A stretch of 64,000 nucleotides of DNA from an uncultured Acidimicrobiales bacterium. GTDB lineage: Bacteria; Actinomycetota; Acidimicrobiia; Acidimicrobiales; UBA10347. Below are positions 59,259-64,000 of this stretch, piece after piece. Each line of letters begins with the position of its first letter. Positions within the stretch are counted from its first letter, which is position 1. Location: positions 1 through 64,000 of the forward strand of contig CALSSD010000021.1 in assembly GCA_943788915.1 (NCBI GenBank), given 5' to 3'. The position numbers and the translations under genes are program-made. Below the pieces are notes generated by a model. The model was not told where the DNA came from. It did not search any database and worked only from the letters and a program-made list of their open reading frames with translations.

Positions 59259-60379
59259 TGCGATTTGTTTGGCCCTTTGCGCTCGGCCTGCTCGTGGTGG
59301 TCCCGCTTGTTGCAGGCGGCTACTGGTTGTGGCAGCGACGCAAGCGCAAGTACGCGGTGCAGTACTCCAGCCTGTCGCTGATTCGTGAAGCCATGCCACC
59401 CACGTCTACGTGGCGCAGACATCTGCCTCTTGGTCTGGTGTTGTTGTCGTTGGCCAGCCTGGCCATCGGTGCAGCTCGACCCCACGCGGTCCGCGATGTC
59501 GGACAGAATCGCACCTCGATCATCCTCGCGCTCGACGTGTCCCGTTCGATGTGTGCGGTTGATGTAGAACCCAACCGGCTTGCCGTTGCCCAAGATGCGG
59601 CTCGGGCGTTCATTGCCGAACAGGCAGGTGGCGCACAGATCGGCATCGTCGCGTTTGCCGGCACGGCCCGCATCATCGTGCCACCGACCGGCGACACCCA
59701 GGTGCTGCTCGACGCCGTCGACAACTTCCGCACCGCTTTCGGCACCGCCCTCGGCAGCGCACAACTCAAAGCACTCGATGCCATCGCCGCGGTGAATCCC
59801 GACGTCGCCCCGTCGAAGGAGTCGGTGCCCACCCAGGATCAACCGCCGTCCGCCAACACATTGTTTGCACCCGACATCATCGTGCTGTTGACCGACGGAG
59901 CGAACTCCGGTGGACCCGACCCGGTCGAGGCAGCTCAGGCTGCGGCAGACCGCGGCGTGCGGGTGTTCACCATCGGCTTCGGTACCGACCAACCGACCGA
60001 AATGATCTGCGGTGGTACCCAGATTGGTGCCGATGCATTCGGCAACGGCGAGTTCGGAAGCGACGGGTTCGGCGGCGACAGCTTCGGCGGAGTCACCGGG
60101 AGTTTCGGCGGAGGCGGCGGCCGAGGCGGCAGCGTGGATAACGCACCTCCGCAATTGCTCGTGATCGACGAACCCACACTTGCTGCAATCGCCGAGACGA
60201 CCGGCGGCGCCTACTTCCGGGCCGCAGACGCTGACCAGCTGGTCGATGTGTTCCTAAACCTGCCGACGGAGATCGAGCTACAACAGGAAGAGGTCGAGAT
60301 CAGCGTGTGGTTCACCGCCGCTGGTTTCGTTTTGCTGCTCGTTGCCGTGGTTGCCTCGCAGCGATTTAACCGGTGGTGA
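59258..60379 (+). CDS. VWA domain membrane protein with Gly/Phe-rich insertion
   Basis: MIDAS DVSRSM, GTALG, LLTDGAN, TGGAYFRA, terminal TM. Confidence 0.9.
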   Translation: MRFVWPFALGLLVVVPLVAGGYWLWQRRKRKYAVQYSSLSLIREAMPPTSTWRRHLPLGLVLLSLASLAIGAARPHAVRDVGQNRTSIILALDVSRSMCAVDVEPNRLAVAQDAARAFIAEQAGGAQIGIVAFAGTARIIVPPTGDTQVLLDAVDNFRTAFGTALGSAQLKALDAIAAVNPDVAPSKESVPTQDQPPSANTLFAPDIIVLLTDGANSGGPDPVEAAQAAADRGVRVFTIGFGTDQPTEMICGGTQIGADAFGNGEFGSDGFGGDSFGGVTGSFGGGGGRGGSVDNAPPQLLVIDEPTLAAIAETTGGAYFRAADADQLVDVFLNLPTEIELQQEEVEISVWFTAAGFVLLLVAVVASQRFNRW

Positions 60380-60401
60380 GACGGAACCCCCCACCCGACC
60401 G

Positions 60402-61241
60402 TTAAAACCCGAAGTTTGGCAGCGGGTTCACATTGGTGACAATGTCGTTTGCCCGTCCAGTAATGGCTGGTTTTGCATCTTCATGGGTCAGAATCCAGAA
60501 GTCATCGTTGATGACAGCGTCGCATACCGCTGCGGCGACTACGTCGGCCTGTATGCCACCAGCGACGAGCGCGTCGATGATCTGTTTCATTGCTGTCGAC
60601 TCTTCGGTCGGCTCTTCGTATAACTCGGCTGGCAGGTTGCGAGCACTATCAGCGATACCCGTCTGGACAAAGGCGGGACACAACACCGACACACCAACGT
60701 TGGCCCCGGCAACCTGCATCTCTCGTGACATCGTTTCGGAGAGCGCAACCACACCGAACTTCGACACGTTGTAGGCGCCCATGAATGCCGACGCGTAATG
60801 GCCAGCCATCGATGCGGTATTTACGATGTGTGCGCCTTCGCCGTGTTCGATCATTGCTGGCAAGAACGTCTTACATCCATAGATCACGCCCCACAGGTTG
60901 ATGTCGATCGTCCACCGCCACCGCTCCATGTCATCAACACCGGCGACAGCGCCCCCGGCGCCAACCCCGGCGTTGTTGCACAACAGATGCACATTGCCGA
61001 ATCGTTCGTTGGCGGCTGCTGCGAGCGCCTGGATCTGTGCAAGTTCGCGCACATCGATATCGAACGACTCGACGGGGTATCCCTTGGCCTCGAGGGCTTG
61101 CACCGCTTCGGCAAGAGGGGCTGGCTCGATATCGGCGACCACCAGATTCATACCTTCGGCACCGAAACGACGCGCCATAGCCAGCCCAATGCCACTGGCG
61201 GCACCTGTGATGACAGCGGTTTTGCCTGCGAGTTGTTCCAT
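60402..61241 (-). CDS. Short-chain dehydrogenase/reductase
   Basis: TGAASGIG, CNNAGV, NTASMAG, YNVSK. Confidence 0.92.
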   Translation of the reverse strand: MEQLAGKTAVITGAASGIGLAMARRFGAEGMNLVVADIEPAPLAEAVQALEAKGYPVESFDIDVRELAQIQALAAAANERFGNVHLLCNNAGVGAGGAVAGVDDMERWRWTIDINLWGVIYGCKTFLPAMIEHGEGAHIVNTASMAGHYASAFMGAYNVSKFGVVALSETMSREMQVAGANVGVSVLCPAFVQTGIADSARNLPAELYEEPTEESTAMKQIIDALVAGGIQADVVAAAVCDAVINDDFWILTHEDAKPAITGRANDIVTNVNPLPNFGF

Positions 61242-61258
61242 GACAATTGTCTAGCGGT

Positions 61259-61663
61259 TTAGCTGGCCGACTCCTCATAGTCGTAACCAATCAGGCCGGT
61301 GTCGAGCTCGGTTGGATCGAACGTCCAGTACTGACGAATCTCATCTATAAGAGAGTCGGCAAACCGGTAGTGCTCCGACCCTCGGAAGGTGAATGGTTCG
61401 TTGTTCTTGGGGTCGGTCCCGGTCATCGACCACTCGATCGCTGCGTTGGCACCGTCGGCGATACACGAATCGACCGACCATCGAGCCCCGTCCCAACGTT
61501 CGCGCACCTTCACCCACATGGCACCGATCGCCTCGGCGCCGTGTATCGGCCGGACATTCGTATCGAAGATCACAGCATCGACGGTGAAATGCGAGGCGAT
61601 GTCAAGGGCCGTGCCTTTGCTGCACATCGCGAAGTACTGAATGATCCGATCATGGGGAGTCAT
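61259..61663 (-). CDS. NTF2/SnoaL-like protein
   Basis: HFTVDAV, AAIEWSM, FRGSEHYRF, IDEIRQYW. Confidence 0.85.
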   Translation of the reverse strand: MTPHDRIIQYFAMCSKGTALDIASHFTVDAVIFDTNVRPIHGAEAIGAMWVKVRERWDGARWSVDSCIADGANAAIEWSMTGTDPKNNEPFTFRGSEHYRFADSLIDEIRQYWTFDPTELDTGLIGYDYEESAS

Positions 61664-61743
61664 GGTCCCATCCTTGCTGTGACAGCGCCGCGGAGCAAGA
61701 CGCACTATTCGCCTCGGCGGGTTGGGCGATCTAAGGTCACAGC

Positions 61744-64000
61744 GTGACTGCGATTGAGTACAACCTGAGCGACCGCATGGAATCGACCACTGGCACGGTC
61801 GCCCTGTCCGGTATCCAAGCACTTATGCGAGTGCTTCTGGACCAGAACCGCGCCGACGCCGCAGCTGGTCTGCGCACTGCCGGTCTGATTTCCGGCTACC
61901 GGGGTTCGCCCGTGGGCGGCATGGACCAGGCGTACGCTGCCGACGCCGACATCCTGAAGCAACACAACGTCGAGTTCATCAGCGGTGTCAACGAAGACCT
62001 CGGGGCTACCGCCGTATGGGGCAGCCAACAGGCCTCACTCGAGTCGAATGCTCGCTTCGATGGTGTGATGGGCATGTGGTACGGCAAGGGACCCGGCGTG
62101 GATCGCAGCGGCGATGCCCTGCGTCATGCCAACTCGACCGGCGTAGACCCCAACGGCGGCGTGTTAGCTGTCGCTGGCGATGATCCGTTCTGCAAATCAT
62201 CAACCATCGCATCGGCCTCGGAATGGGCACTTGCCGACTTGGCAATGCCTACCTTGTACCCGGCGAGCGTGCAGGAAGTGCTCGACATGGGCCGCTTCGG
62301 CTACGAACTGTCACGGTTCTGCGGGTCATGGGTTGGTTTCAAGATCCACAGCAATGTCGCTGATGCCTACGCCACCGTCAACACCGATGCCGAACGAATC
62401 TCGGTCGTCGTGCCCGACTTCGAGATCGATGACAAACCGTTCAGCTACACCCAGCGCGTCACGTTGATCGCACCACATTCCATGGGCGCGGAACGAGAAA
62501 TGTTTGGCCCCCGGCTCGAAGCTGCCAAAGCGTTTGTTGCCGCCAACGGACTCGACAAGGTCAGCGGAGCAACCGGCGACGCAACCATTGGTATTGTCGC
62601 CGCAGGGCCGGTGTTCGGCGAGTTGCGCGACGCTCTCACCAAGATGGGCTTCGCGACCGATGCTGATCTGGCGAGCGCTGGCATTCGTCTCTACAAACCA
62701 GCGCTGATCTGGCCGCTTGAGCCGAACGGGTCTGACCGGTTTCGCCGACGGCCTCGAAGAGATCATCGTGATCGAAGAGAAACGCTCGTTCATCGAGTCG
62801 CAGATTCGCGACATCCTCTACGGCCGCACCGACGCACCACGCGTTCTCGGCAAACGCGACGACGAAGGCCGCACCATGATCGCCGACTTCGGCGGCCTGC
62901 TCGCCGAAGACATTGCCGGGCCGATCAAGGCTCGGCTGCAACGCGTCATTCCTGCAGAACGATTCACCAAGGAACGCAGACTGATTCCGATCTCGATCGC
63001 GGCAGAAGCCAAGGAGCTTCCCGATCGGGCCGCGTACTTCTGCTCCGGCTGCCCTCACAACCGGTCAACGATGACGCCCGACGGATCCATGTCTGGTGGC
63101 GGCATTGGTTGCCACGGCATGGCCTTGGGTATGGAACGAGAGAACTTCGGTATCACCCATATGGGCGGCGAGGGTGTGCAATGGGTTGGCATGGCGCCGT
63201 TTCTGAATGAAACCCATCGCTTCCAGAATCTCGGCGATGGCACCTTGGCCCACTCAGGTTCGTTAGCCATCCGCCAAGCGGTGTCCGCCGGTGCGACGGT
63301 GACCTACAAGATCCTGTACAACGGCACGGTGGCCATGACCGGCGGTCAAGATGCTGCGGGTGCGCTCACCGTGCCCGACCTGACTCGTTCACTCTCGGCC
63401 GAGGGTGTCACGCAGATCGTGGTGGTTGCCGACGACGTCGATAAGTATCCAAGAGGCGCGGTATTCGCACCGAACGCCCGAATTGAACACCGAGACGAAC
63501 TCGACGCTGTGCAACGAGAACTTCGCGAGGTCGACGGCGTGACTGTGCTGATCTATGACCAAGCGTGTGCTGCCGAACTTCGGCGTGGTCGCAAACGAGG
63601 CACCATCGAGACCCCTACCACTCGGGTCATGATCAACGAGGACATCTGCGAGGGTTGCGGCCACTGCGGCGAGGTCTCCAACTGCGCCTCGGTCCATCCG
63701 GTGCAGACCCCGTTCGGGCGCAAGACACAGATCCACCAAGAGTCATGCAACTTCGACCTCACCTGCCTTGGCGGCAACTGCCCGGCATTCGTGACGGTGG
63801 AGATCGATCCTGATTTCAAACCGAGCAAGGACCTGGCTGGTATCCCGGCTGGTGACCTGCCTGCTGACCCCACAGTTCCGGACGACGGCAATGTGCTACT
63901 CATCGGTATCGGCGGCACCGGCGTGGTGACCGTGAACCAGATCATCTCCACTGCAGCACTACTCGACGGCAAGTTCGCCAACGGTCTCGACCAAACCGGC
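61744..64000 (+). CDS. Fused indolepyruvate:ferredoxin oxidoreductase family protein; frameshift near 62729; runs off the window
   Basis: GYRGSPVGG, NEDLGATAVWG, WYGKGPGVDRSGD. After removing one G at 62728-62730: IEEKRSFIE, YFCSGCPHN, GIGCHG, GDGTLAHSG, ICEGCGHCGEVSNC, SCNFDLTCLGGNCP, GIGGTGVVT. Confidence 0.9.

Overview
High-GC (roughly 60-65% by eye), gene-dense bacterial chromosome segment. It is probably an actinomycete of the Acidimicrobiia type, inferred from gene repertoire, SigE-type ECF pair and pervasive leaderless TANNNT-N6/7-ATG starts. About 55 CDS, mostly catabolic: SDRs, crotonases, Fe(II)/2OG dioxygenases, amine oxidases, CoA ligase/transferase and a single-chain acyl-CoA carboxylase. 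It also carries a complete mrpABCDEFG antiporter operon with a divergent sigma-70/wHTH pair, a protease-MoxR-DUF58-VWA-VWA operon and the start of a fused indolepyruvate:ferredoxin oxidoreductase. No rRNA, tRNA, CRISPR or mobile element was recognised. At least eight genes carry single-base indels that look like long-read consensus errors. Main discovery: two PrdB/GrdB-family selenoprotein genes (49690-50694 minus; 53655-54530 plus) that the ORF track splits at an in-frame TGA. Each reads through as ...LLVP[IV]-U-P-V-C-H... and has a SECIS-type hairpin starting 11 nt after the UGA; the two hairpins differ by three compensatory base-pair changes. They lack prdA/grdA/C/D/E partners in the window and bracket an SDR, a Ser/Thr dehydratase and an ornithine cyclodeaminase/mu-crystallin gene, suggesting an unconventional selenium-dependent imino-acid/amine redox module. 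Other highlights: a circularly permuted, Tat-signal flavin amine oxidase (47169-48455) and an unannotated 47-aa CxxC/CxxC microprotein behind a PafBC/RecA-NDp-like promoter (39900-40072).
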